Positions 36,001 through 48,065 of a DNA stretch of 64,000 nt are shown piece by piece. Position numbers and translations under genes: made by a program. The notes beneath the pieces were generated by a model. The model was given only the letters and a program-made list of their open reading frames with translations, did not search any database and was not told where the DNA came from. The stretch's first letter is position 1; each line of letters begins with the position of its first letter. Source of the stretch: Sminthopsis crassicaudata (taxonomy: Eukaryota); the NCBI RefSeq assembly GCF_048593235.1, contig NC_133619.1, positions 651,040,558 through 651,104,557 of the forward strand. The letters run 5' to 3'.

Positions 36001-36790
36001 CCCCGGATCTTTTTGGGAATACATCTACCCTCTCCCCACTACAAATAATGCTTGTTGATAGTTTTAGGCAGATGCTGTTATCATTTTAAGGAAAACTCCA
36101 TTTATTCCTATACTCTCCAATGTTTTTAATAGGGTGCTGTATTTTGTCAAAAGCTTTTTCCTGAATCTATTGAGATTATCATATGGTTTCTGTTAATTTT
36201 GTTATTGATATTGTCTATTATGCCAGTAGGGAAACCAGCCCTGCATTCCTAGTGAATTGGTCAGTGAATTATCTTCCTGATAAATTCTTGTAATCTCTTT
36301 GCTAACATTTTGTTTAAAATTTTTGCATCAGTATTCATGAGGGAGACTGGTCTTTAGTTTTCTTTCTCTGTTTTAGCTCTTCCTGGTTTAGGTATCAGCA
36401 CCATATTTGTATCATAGAAGGAATTTGGCAATCCTCTTTATTTGACTTTTTTTTTTCCAAATAGTTTATGCAATATTGGAATTAGTTCTTCTTTAGATGT
36501 TTAGAAAAACTGACTTATAAATCCATCTAGCCCTGGAGTTTTTTTTTCCTTAGGGCTTCATTAATAGCTTATTCAATTTTTTTTTTTTCTAAAATGGGAC
36601 TATTTAAGTAATTTATTTCCTCAGCTATTAATCTGGGCAATCTATATTTTTGTAAGTATTCATCCATTTCACTTAGATTATCAGATTTGTTAGCATACAA
36701 TTGGGCAAAATAGCTCCTAATTTTTGCTTTAACTTCCTTTTCATTGATGGTAAATTTATTCTTAATCTAACAATATAATAACATTTAAAA
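33010..36790 (-). mobile_element. Old degenerate L1 ORF2 segment, interrupted by a younger L1
   Basis: Colinear with the forward-strand text of 17240-19600 but heavily mutated. Boundaries approximate. Confidence 0.85.
34184..35613 (+). mobile_element. Young 5'-truncated L1 inserted into the old L1
   Basis: ORF2 C-terminal ORF 34508-35176, 3' UTR and poly-A. Exact 13-bp TSD aaagtgttttcta (34171-34183, 35614-35626). Confidence 0.95.
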
Positions 36791-37947
36791 TTTAAAACAG
36801 ATAATCCTATACCTTTAAAAAAAAAAAAAAAAAAAAGGATGCCTGAAAATTTTTGTAAGCTTTTCTTAGCAAAGGCTCCTCAGTTGTCCGCACTTCCCAA
36901 AGAGAAGCCTAAAGCCTATTTCCATTGGCAGTGGAAAAGCTAGTTAGGATATCAAGGAAACCCCCAAGGAAGCTTTGTTTTCTGCTTGAATGTGTAATGT
37001 GTTGGTTATATCACCCCAGTTTACGGAAAAGGAAATTGAAGCCCAGAGAAATAACATCTCCTGTCACATACAAGTCACATACAAGTACTACATGGCAAGA
37101 GTGAGATCTGAATCTATGTCCTCCCATTCCAAAAACAGCCTCCATTCTGCTGTACCACATGCAGGTCCTCTTCTACCCTGAAACTGGAAAACCTCCCAAG
37201 ACTTCATAACGGGTACTTTTGAAGGAAAGGAGAGATTGGAACATCATCTTCCAAAAGGCAAAAGATCAGGTTTCCAACCTGGGTGACTGCTGAAGTCTGC
37301 TCCCCGGGGCTCAAGAAAGCTGATCCCTGCGCTTTAAGGTGGCATGTGAGTGTATAAAACTGTGTACATTATTAATCTGAAATTAAACACCAAAAAGGCG
37401 CCTCTGTATCCTCTGCCTAATCACTACTCAATGACTTTACTTGACACAAGAGGGGAAAAAGCCTCCACTCCACAGACCTTGCTGCTTGAAGCATGTGATC
37501 GCTTGCTCATTTTGTACTTGTCTGCCTTCCTGTTCTGCTTGTGGCCCTTCCTCCACAACTTCTTCCTCTTCTCTCCTGGGCTTTCAAATGCAGCAGCCCG
37601 GGTGGAGACTGTGTGGAGACCGTGTAGCACCAGCCCCATGCTGCCCTTCACTCCATCCACGTCTCTGAAATCATCCTTTTCTGACTGCCACTGGGACCAT
37701 CGCCTTCCTTGCCTGCAAGCCCATGACCATGTTCTCTGACATTCCCCAGGGGACAGCTATCTCCTGAGACCCTGGTGCCTGCATTGGAGTCAACCGGCTT
37801 TGACTCATCCCTCCGGCCTAATGAAGGACGTCTTCTTCCAGATTCATCGTTGGGCGGGAGCAGGGCATGAACTTGGAGAAGGCCACTCTGACCACATCCC
37901 GTGCCCGTGACGCTCCGCTAAGAGCCCTGCACTCGCCCTCGGGCACA

Positions 37948-40839
37948 ATGGCCCCCGCACACACTGCCCTGCTGGGCTTCGGTAAGTCCTGGGAAGTGGG
38001 AGAGCCATGATTCCAGAGGCAGCCTCAAAGCTAGACCTGCCTGGACCCTGCTCCGGGCCCAACAGAGCAGGAAAAGAAGGGCCAGTGAGAAGGGGCCCAG
38101 CCAGCACAGTAGCCGGGGTCCCCTGCTGCCTAAATGCCCCTTGAGTGTGGTGACAAACTTGGGGCTTCTGGGAGCCGAGTCTAATGACAGCCTGTCCTAC
38201 AGGGCTTTGTCTGTGCTGGGGGACCTGGGCACAACAGGGTGAGTCCTTGCCCCAGCTTCCTGCCCCTCCTGCCTGCTCAGCACTGAGAGCTGGGGGGGGG
38301 ACAGGGAAGGGGATACAAGGGGAGGGGGTCTGTGCTGATGGATGATTCTGGGAGGGGGTGGGGGAGGGGCTGAGAGGGGATCTCAAGGCTGATTCTCTTC
38401 CAGACACATTGCCCAGACCCTCCCTCAGGGCTGAGCCAGGCTTGGTGGTCCCCCAAGGGAATCCTGTGAACCTCTGGTGTAAAGGACCCCCTGGAGCTGG
38501 TGTGTACCACCTGAGGAAGAGAGGAAGCAATAATTTTGTGGAAGTTTTTCCAGCTGGGCTGGAAGCCTGGTTCACCATCCCTGAAATGGCAGCAAACACT
38601 GCAGGGAGCTACCAGTGTGTCTACTACTACCAGTCACGGTGGTCAGAGCCCAGTGAGCCCCTGGAGCTGAGAGTGTCAGGTGAGGAGGCTCTGGAGCCCC
38701 TGCGCCCCCAACCCCAGCAGGCCCTGTGGAAGCCGGGACAGGGAGAGGGGGGTGGGCCGGCCGCTGCTCTGTCCCTGTGCCGGCTCCAGCCTGGGCCCAG
38801 AGAGGGGAGGCTCTTCCTGTTCTCAGTCCCGGCTCTCCTGCTCCACCAGGGCTTTTCCCGGCACCCTCCCTCTCAGCCTGGCCCAGCTCCACGGTGGCTC
38901 CAGGACAGGACGTGACCCTCCGGTGCCATTCCCTGCTGTTCTTTGACTGCTCGGCCCTGTACAAGGACGGAGCACCGGTCACCCAGGCCTCGGCCCAGCC
39001 CCATGGACGGGGCTCTCAGGCCAATTTCTCCATCCCTGCTGTGAATTCCACCCCCGGAGGGACGTACAGATGCTACAGCTTTCAGAGCTACACCTCCCAT
39101 GAATGGTCAGCCCCCAGTGACCCCCTGGAGCTCAGGGTCACAGGTGAGACCCCGCCCCCTTCCTCCCAGTCCTCCTAAGCTCCCTCCCTGGTCCTGGGGC
39201 ACCCCTGTTTGAAGGGTCCCAGGACACATCAGGGAGGGCCGGGGCACCCAGAGGCCTGAGGGTGGGCAGGGCCTGGCCAGGTGTCTACTGCAGGGACTCT
39301 GCAGTGCAGAGGGAGGGGGCAGAAGTCTGCTTCTTTCTAACCATTCCCACCTCATGCTTATACTCCCATTGTACAGATGGGAAAGTGAGGCCCAGAGAGG
39401 GGAGGGACTTGCCCAGCACCCCAGAGGGTGAGCCAGGCAGAGCTTGTCCTGGGAACGTGAATCACAGAGGGCCCCGAAGGGCTCCCCTTGCGGGATGGAC
39501 AGCCGGGCTCTAGCTTTTCCCTCTTCCCTGACCGCATCCTTACCCCCCCTTCTCCCACCTCTGGACTTTTGCCCGAGCTGTGCTTGGCATATTTTCCTTA
39601 TTCACTCCCCTCTAAGGTTCACCTCCTACAAAATGTCTTTCCTGAAATCCCCGTTAATCCCTCATCATGTGACAGTTTTACAGATGAGTAAACTGAGGTA
39701 AAGTGCCAGTGACCCCTTCCCAGGGTCACACAGCTAGCAAGTGTCTGAGGCTGGACTGGACTCAGCTCCAAGTTCAGGGTGCGTGGCGCCGGCTGAGTGC
39801 TCCTGAAGGCTCCTCTCCCCTCCTCCCTCCCTTTGGGGAGGGGTCCAGGCTGGGCCTGCGCACCCCTACTGGCCTTCCTTCCCCACGGCGCCCCCACCCC
39901 TGGGCGCCAGCTGAGCACTTCAGTGCTTGCCTCCTGTCTCCCGCCTGCCTGGAGGGGAGAGGAGCCAGCAGGACCTCCGGGCCGGACCACCCAGACCAGG
40001 CCAGGCTCTGGAGTGCGCAGGGCTCGAGTGGCCGGCTCTGGGCCTCCCGGGGACCAGGCGGCCTTAATCTGCGCCCCCCCCCAGCTTCAGCCCCAGCTTC
40101 CTCGGGTCTCACGGCAAGCATCTTGCTGGGGGTCTCAGCGGTGCTCCTCCTCCTCCTCCTCCTCCTCCGCCGCCGCCATCGGGCCAGAATCAGTGAGTTC
40201 TTGGGGCTGGGGGCAGCCGGGCGGAGGGCCTGCACCCCAGGGAAGGCTGACCCCGACTCTCCCCACAGGCAAAGGGAGCAGAGAGGTCAAGAAGACCCTC
40301 AAGAGGTAGGAGCCCAAGATAGACCCGCCCCCACCGCCCCGCCCCCCTTCCCAGACCCTCCCCCACCGCCCCCCACCTTCCCAGACGCCCTCACTCTGCC
40401 TTCTTGTTCCCCAGCTCAGACCCGGCTGCGACCCCCATGGAGGAGAGACTGTGTGAGTGGGGGCAGGGCGGGAGGGGCTGGGGGGTCTGAGGGAAAGGCT
40501 GGGCCTGGGCGGAGCCGGGGTCCTGACCCCCCTCCCCCCCCCTCTGCCTCCAGACGCTGCTGTGGGGGATGGCAGACAGACAGAGGAGGCCAGACAGGAC
40601 GACACTGCCGTGAGTCTCTCAGCTGGGGGGGGGGAGGGGCGGCTTCCCAGGCTCACACGCAGCCGGGGGTCAGGGGTCAGGGTCCTCCCCCTGCTCAGCC
40701 CCCCCTCCCCTCCGGCCAGGCTCCCACCGGGGAAGACCCTCAGCAAGTGACCTACGCGCAGCTGAAGCTCGAGGCCGGGGCCGCGGACCCTCCGCGCTCT
40801 GGCCCAGCGGCGCCCAGCCTCTACGCGGCCCTGCGCTGA
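37948..40839 (+). CDS. Receptor C: inhibitory two-Ig LRC-family (LILRB-like) ITIM receptor, about 332 aa
   Basis: Exons 37948-37981, 38203-38238, 38404-38679, 38850-39143, 40085-40192 (uncharged TM then RRRHR), 40269-40305, 40415-40452, 40554-40609 and 40720-40839. Phases consistent, 999 nt open. Motifs RLYAAV, VTYAQL, SLYAAL. AATAAA 41173-41178. Confidence 0.88.
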
Positions 40840-41634
40840 GCGAGCCCGGGGGCCCAGGAGGGCAGCCCGGCACCTAACGTGCCCTCCCGGGATCCCCAGA
40901 ACGGGACGGAGGCCGCCCGCAAGCCCCCGCCCCCGCCTTCCTCTGTCCACGTTACCAGGGGCGGGGCAGGCAGGGGGACGGAAGGGGAAGCACCGCCCTC
41001 ACGCCCAGCTCCGGACAGACGGAGGGATGGCCCCTGGGTGAAGTGACCCCAGACCGACTCGGACACCGCACCCGCCACCCCTCCCCCTCCGGACTGGAGC
41101 GGACCTGGCCGGCAGGGGGGACGCTGGAGCACAGCCCAGGGCTGAGGGGAGCACTGTGAGGGGCACCACGTGAATAAACACGATTCCGCTCTCCGTCTCC
41201 CCGGATTGCCCGTTCCCACGGCACGGCCCGGGCCTCCCGGGCTCGGTGCTCCCCACCCTCCCTGTGGCCACGAGCGCCTTTGCGGCCAGCCCCGGCCCCC
41301 TCACCCCGCGCGACCTCGGGCTGGACGCCCTGGCCCTTCCCCGGAGCCCGCCGCTATCCGAATCCCCCCTCCCCCATCTCCTCGAGTAAGGCCCGAAGGT
41401 CAATGGTGGTCCGGGTGGGGTCGGTGGCCGGGGCGGCCCAGCCTCCCCAGGAGGCTCCACTGCCGGGCCTCCGGCCACAGGCTTCTTCCTCCCCAGGGCT
41501 CCGGGCTGTAAGCAGGCGGCCCGGGGGGAGTGCAGGGTCCCGCCCCGCCCCCCCTCCCCAAGACCGCAGGCGCGCATTTAGTCAAAGAGCTTTATTCCAC
41601 TTGGAGATAGACTGTGGGGAGGGACGGGTAACTC

Positions 41635-42664
<1,030 letters not shown>

Positions 42665-42918
42665 CTAGTAGGTCTCACGGCGCCTGTGCGTGGGGAGAGA
42701 GACGCGGCTCAGCACAGGCGCTACGGCGCCTGCGCGCGGAGAACTCGGAGACGCAGACAAGCCCTAGCGGAGGGAAGGAGGCCGAAAGTGCGCTCGGCTG
42801 GCTTTGGGGGAAAGGGGGGATGGTCGGGGAACCTCGTCGGGGAACCTCCTCGGCGAGCTCCGAGTCCCAGCTCCCGCGCTGACCCAGTCTCCCTAGTGCC
42901 CGGCCACCACGCGCTCAC

Positions 42919-43040
42919 CTACAGCAAGACCCCGAGCCGACCGGGAAAGGACTCGGCCCAACGGCGTGCGGCCCTTAAAACTCCGGGGGCGGAGTTCTGA
43001 CGTCACCGCGCCGGCGCAGTGCTGGCCAACAGGAAGCGAG
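42919..43040 (-). promoter_or_regulatory. RPS9: RPS9 non-coding exon 1 with 5' TOP and core promoter
   Basis: Exon about 42950-42919 starts CCTTTCCC; donor gtgagc. TTTTAA about 30 nt upstream, GC box, CRE TGACGTCA 42998-43005, Ets-like CAGGAAG near 43030. Confidence 0.75.
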
Positions 43041-43146
43041 CGTCCCGGAGAGGCGTGGCCAGACGCGGAGCTGAGTCCGACTCCCTCCTGGGGCTGCCCC
43101 CAGGCTCGGTTCTAACCTAGATCCCGCCTACGGCCACCCCAGGAAA

Positions 43147-43781
43147 TGATCTATAACCTATGTTTTATGCGTTTATATCAAAACAAATACAAGGCGGTGG
43201 GGGAGGGACTCAGGCAGAAAGGAACCCCCCCCAGAGGCGGGGTGAAGAGTCCGGCTCTACAAGCAGGTCGGCAGACACAGGGACCCTGCACGCGAAGCCG
43301 AGAAAGCTCAGACAGCGCCCCCTGTCCTCCGGGAGCAGATCTCAACTTTAAAAGCCGGGAAATGTTGGGGTTCGGGGCGTTGGACCCCAAAGGCGTATTG
43401 AGGTTATCGGCCAGTGTTGCAAGGGGGGCAGAGGTTTTAGCGCGCGGCAAGAGTGGGCTCAAGGCCGAGGGGGGTTAGCCATCGTTGCTTAGCTGGCTGA
43501 CTAACCCACAAGGAGGTAGCTACAAGCGGTGCCATTGACCGGGGGCTGAATTCCTGGAAAAGCTGGAGGGGGGGGGGAGCTACAGTCAAGTCCTTTTATA
43601 AGGGAATAGAATGGGGGTTTGTGATTGGATACAGAAGAAAAGGCCTGCTTAAGAACCAAAGGCCCAGATGATCCCCTCAGTGCTTCTCCCTGCAAGCCTT
43701 CTCTGTTAATGGCCATCTGGGCTACCGAGTCATCCAAAAACCAAAGGAAGGAACGAAGAACCAGGACCACCGAAAGTTACT
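43147..43781 (-). mobile_element. Possible LTR upstream of RPS9, same orientation
   Basis: Minus-strand CCAAT (43624-43628) and TATAAAA (43594-43600); ends ...atca with a variant poly-A hexamer. No TSD found. Confidence 0.35.
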
Positions 43782-43949
43782 GCGGGGATGGGGACGTTCA
43801 CCACGCCCACTCCGCCCACGGGCGAAATCTCTACCGGAGGTGGGAAGTGGTCCCTCGCCCGGAGGATTTTAAAACTCTAGTAAGACAGGGAGAAAAACTG
43901 GGAGAAGGAATGAGAGGTGTGCAAAATGAGGGAGTCAACAGCTTAGCAA

Positions 43950-46900
43950 AGGAGAGACAAAAATAGATGAAGAGAACACCTTTAAAAGTAGAATTAGCCA
44001 AACGGAAAAGGAGGTGAGAAAGCTAACTGAAACATTACAAACCAGAACTGGGCAAATGGAAGCAAATGACTCTGAGACATCAAGAATCAAACTCAAAAAT
44101 AAAATAGAAGTTCTCAAATAACTTACTGGGAAAACTAGCGAGGAGGAAAACAGATGCAGGAGAGATCATTTTAAGTACTGCACTACCTGAAAGCCATCAA
44201 TAAAAAAAGAACCTAGAAAACATCTTAAAAAGAAGTCAACAAAGAGAGGATCATAAAAGTGGAAATAATGTTTAGAAGAATTGCACGTGTTTAACCTCTA
44301 TTGGATTACTTGCTGTTGAGGGGAGGGGGAAAAGAAGGGACAAAAATTTGGAATATAAGGTTTTGCAAAGGTGAATGTTGAAAACTATCTTTACATGTAT
44401 TTTGAAAAATAAAAAGCTATTTATATATATATTTTTTTAAGAGCAGGGCAAAAGTAATTGAAAGGATCTCTCAATCACCCCCTGAAAGAGGTCTGCAAGG
44501 AAAATTCCAAGACATATTGTAGCTTAATTCCAGAACTATAAAGTTAAGGAGAAAATACGACAATCTGCAAGAAAGAAACAATTCAAATATCAAAAACCAT
44601 AGTTAGGATTACCCAAGAATTAACAGCTTCTACAATAAGGATTAGAGAGCCTGGAATACCATATTCTAGAAAGCAAAGGAGCTTGAATTACAACCAAAAA
44701 GCAATTATCCAGCATAATCTTTCAGAGGAAAAGTTGGATCTTTGATGAAATGGGGGACTTTCAATCATTTCTGATAAACTAAACAGAAAATGTAATCTTC
44801 AAATATAAGACTCAGAGAAGCATAAAAAGGTAAAAGGAAAGAGAAAAATGTTATTTAAAGGTTAAAACTGTGTACATCCCTACGTGGGAAGATGATACCT
44901 GTAATTCTTGAGAACAATTAGGATAATTAGAAGGGCTATACATAAGAGGGTTTGAGTATAAGTTGACTGATGTGATGATATAAGACAAAAAAGAGTGGAA
45001 AAAAGGATTGTCCTGGGAGAAAAGGAAAGGGGAGGTAAAATGGGACAAATCAGATTACATGAAGAGGCACAAAAGACCTATTACAATTAGAGGGAAAAGA
45101 AGGGAGAGGGATGAACATTGTCTAAAGCTTAATCTCATCAATGTTAGCTCAGAGGAAATAACATACATACCCTGTTGGTTTTCAAATTTTGTCTTACTAT
45201 ATAGGGAAGTAGTAAAAAGGGGAAATAAAAGGGAAGGACTGAAAAGAAATAGGACAGAAAGGGATGGGAAAAGGAAGGGCAGAAATCGCAGAAAGAGGTA
45301 GGAGAAAGGAGGGCTGATAAAAGAGAGGGGCTGGTCAGAAACAAAACCCTGGTGAGGAGGGACAGGCTGGAAAGAGATATATACAAGAGATGTATAATCA
45401 GGAGAAAATAGGATGAAGGGAAATCCACAGATGATGATGCTAACTGAATGCAGTTCAGATGAACTCTCCCATAAAATGGAAGCAGAGAGCTTAAAACCAA
45501 AACCCTAAAATATATTGTTTACAAGAAACATTTTAGAAACAGATATAGAGAGTAAAGGTAAAAGACTGGAGCAGAACATATTAAGCTGCCAAAAAAAAAA
45601 AAAAAAAAAAGGGAGGGGGGAGTAGCAATCTAGATCTCAGACAAAGGAAAAACAAAAATCCAATTAAAAGAGATAAGGAATCATCTAGATAAGAGATAGC
45701 CTAGACAAATAAAGTCATATCATTACTAAACCTGTGTGCAACAAGAGGTTCAGTGTCCAAATTCTTAGGAGAAGCTAATTCAGTTACAGGAAGAAATAGA
45801 CAGCAAAACTATACTAGCGGGGGACCTCAACCACTACACAAAAGCTGACCATGTACTTGGACAGTATATTTATTTGGTAGAATTGACTTGGTAAATTCAA
45901 AAAATCTCCAAGGCCAGCTGGATTTAGAAGTCAATTCTACCAAATATTTAAAGAAAAATCCCAATGTTACATAAGCTATTTGGAAAAATAGGCAAAGATC
46001 AAAGGATAGGAACAGAGAATTTTCAGATGAAATTAACGTCATCCACAGTCATGTGAAAAAAAATATTCTCACTATTGTTTAGAAAAAATGCAAATTAAAA
46101 CTCATGAGGTTCCACCTCTTACCTCTCAGATTAGCAAAGATGGTAGGAAAAGATAATGATAAATGTTGGAGGTGATGTGGGAAAACTGGGACACATACAT
46201 TGTTAGTGGAGTTGTAAATGGAACCAACCATTCTAGAGAGCAGACTGGAACTATGCCCAAATAGATATCAAACTGTGCGTCCCCTTTGACCCAGCAGTGT
46301 CTCTACTGGGCTTACATCCCAAAGAGATCTAAAAGGAGGGAAAGGGACCCACACGTGCAAAACTGTGACAGCTTTTATGGTCGCAAAAAATTGGACATTG
46401 AGTGGATGCCCATCACTTGGAGAATGGCTGAATAAGTTATGGTATATGGATGTTATGGAGTATTATTATTCTATAAAAAGTGATGAAAAAGCAGAAAAGC
46501 CTGGATGGAAAGACTTAAATGAACTGATGCCGACATGAGCATCATTGAACACAGTAAGGGCAAGGGGAAGACTTAGCTCCTCTCAGCAATGCAGTGATCC
46601 GAGGCAATTCCAAGAGATTTGGGATGGAAAATGCCATCTGCATTCAGAGAAAGAATAATGGAGACTGAGTGTGGATCGAAGCACACTGTTTTCAGCTCTC
46701 TTGTTTTTTCTTTCTTTTGTTTTTTCTCTTTTGTTCTGATTTTTTTTCCCCCAATGTGACTCCTATGGAAATATGTTTAAAGGACTGCAAATACTTAGCC
46801 TCTATCAGATTGCTTGCTGTTGTGTGGAGGGGGAAGGTGGGGAATGGAGGGAGAAGAGAAATTGGAACTCAAAATCTTACCAAAATGAATGTTGGATTGT

Positions 46901-47400
46901 ACCAGTAATAAGATTATGAGATGATCACCTGTGATGGGTTTAGCTCTTCTCAGCAAAGCTCTGATTCAAGGCAATTCCAATAGACTAGGAATAGAAAATG
47001 TCAATCACATCCAGAGGGAGAACTGTGGAGACTGAATGTGGATCAGGGCACAGGATTTTTACTTTTTGTTTCTTTCTCACAGGTTTATTTTTTCCTTTTT
47101 GGTCTGATTCTCCGTGTACAAGATGACAAATATGGAAATGTTTAAAAGGATGGCAAATATTTAACCTACATCAGATTGCTCGCTGTCTCAGGAAAGGGGG
47201 AAGTAAGGGAGAGAGGAAGAAAAATTTAGAACACAGAAGTTTTACAAAAATGTATGCTGCAGATTCTCTCCACATGTATTTGGAAAAATAAAACACTATT
47301 AAAAGTTTAAAGAAAAAAAAAGAATCTGCCAACAACCATGACAACAAGAGAATGTAATTGGAAAAATAAAGTAGTATTAAAATAAAATTTATATACAAAA
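43950..47400 (+). mobile_element. Highly decayed L1 remnants (ORF1, ORF2 pieces, several 3' UTR fragments) between RPS9 and TSEN34
   Basis: AT-rich. Recognisable L1 text such as tgttggaggtgatgtgggaaaactgggacac, ccctttgacccagcagtgtctctactggg and L1 3' UTR motifs. Boundaries approximate. Confidence 0.75.
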
Positions 47401-48065
47401 CAAATAATGGGGCAACGTGGTGTTCAGCAGATTGTCTCTGGATTCAGCAAGGGCTCTGGGGGCTAGGCTGCTCCCAGGGTCCAGAGAGAGGCAAATGGGA
47501 AGGTGAAGGGCCCAAAATATCTACACATGAAGACAATAATGGCAAAATACTACCATTTCTACCACACCTCCTGTGTGCCAGTCACTGCGGGAAGTGCTTT
47601 CCAGTAATGATTTCAACTTGTCTCTACAACAACCCTGGGAAGGAGTTGCTAGCCCCTTTTCCTGGCTCAGAACTAGGGGAAATGACTTGCCCGGGACCAC
47701 ACAGCCACGACGGGTCTGAGGGCACAGTAGAACTCAGGTCTTCAGGATCCCCTCCCAGCAATGCAACATTTAGCTGTCTGTCTCAGGATTAATGTAATGG
47801 GGGAAGAGGAGGCTCAAGCCCCTTACTGCAATCCCCATTTTAAGGATGACGAGACTGAGGCCAGAGGGAAGCTCTAGGAAAGGCTGGAGCTGACTCAGCC
47901 TCCTAGGAAGGCCCAGCCCCCAGAGTCCGCACCCATCGAGAGGTTTTGATTCTGGTTAAGCAGCAAAAGGTGGCTCCCCCTCTCCTTGGCCAATCCACGT
48001 CTGGGTTTAGATGGCATCAGGAGCTGGTCCAAAGGCTCAGGACAGGCCTCCAGCCCTCTCCCTGA

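Noticed and set aside
37350-37760. Possible processed pseudogene fragment (minus-strand Lys/Arg-rich ORF 37424-37660)
   Set aside because: No parent gene recognised, and no poly-A tail or TSD found; needs a BLAST search.
39703-40839. 378-aa single ORF spanning the receptor C TM and ITIM
   Set aside because: GC-rich read-through of introns. The spliced model with consistent phases and LILRB-like exon sizes fits better.
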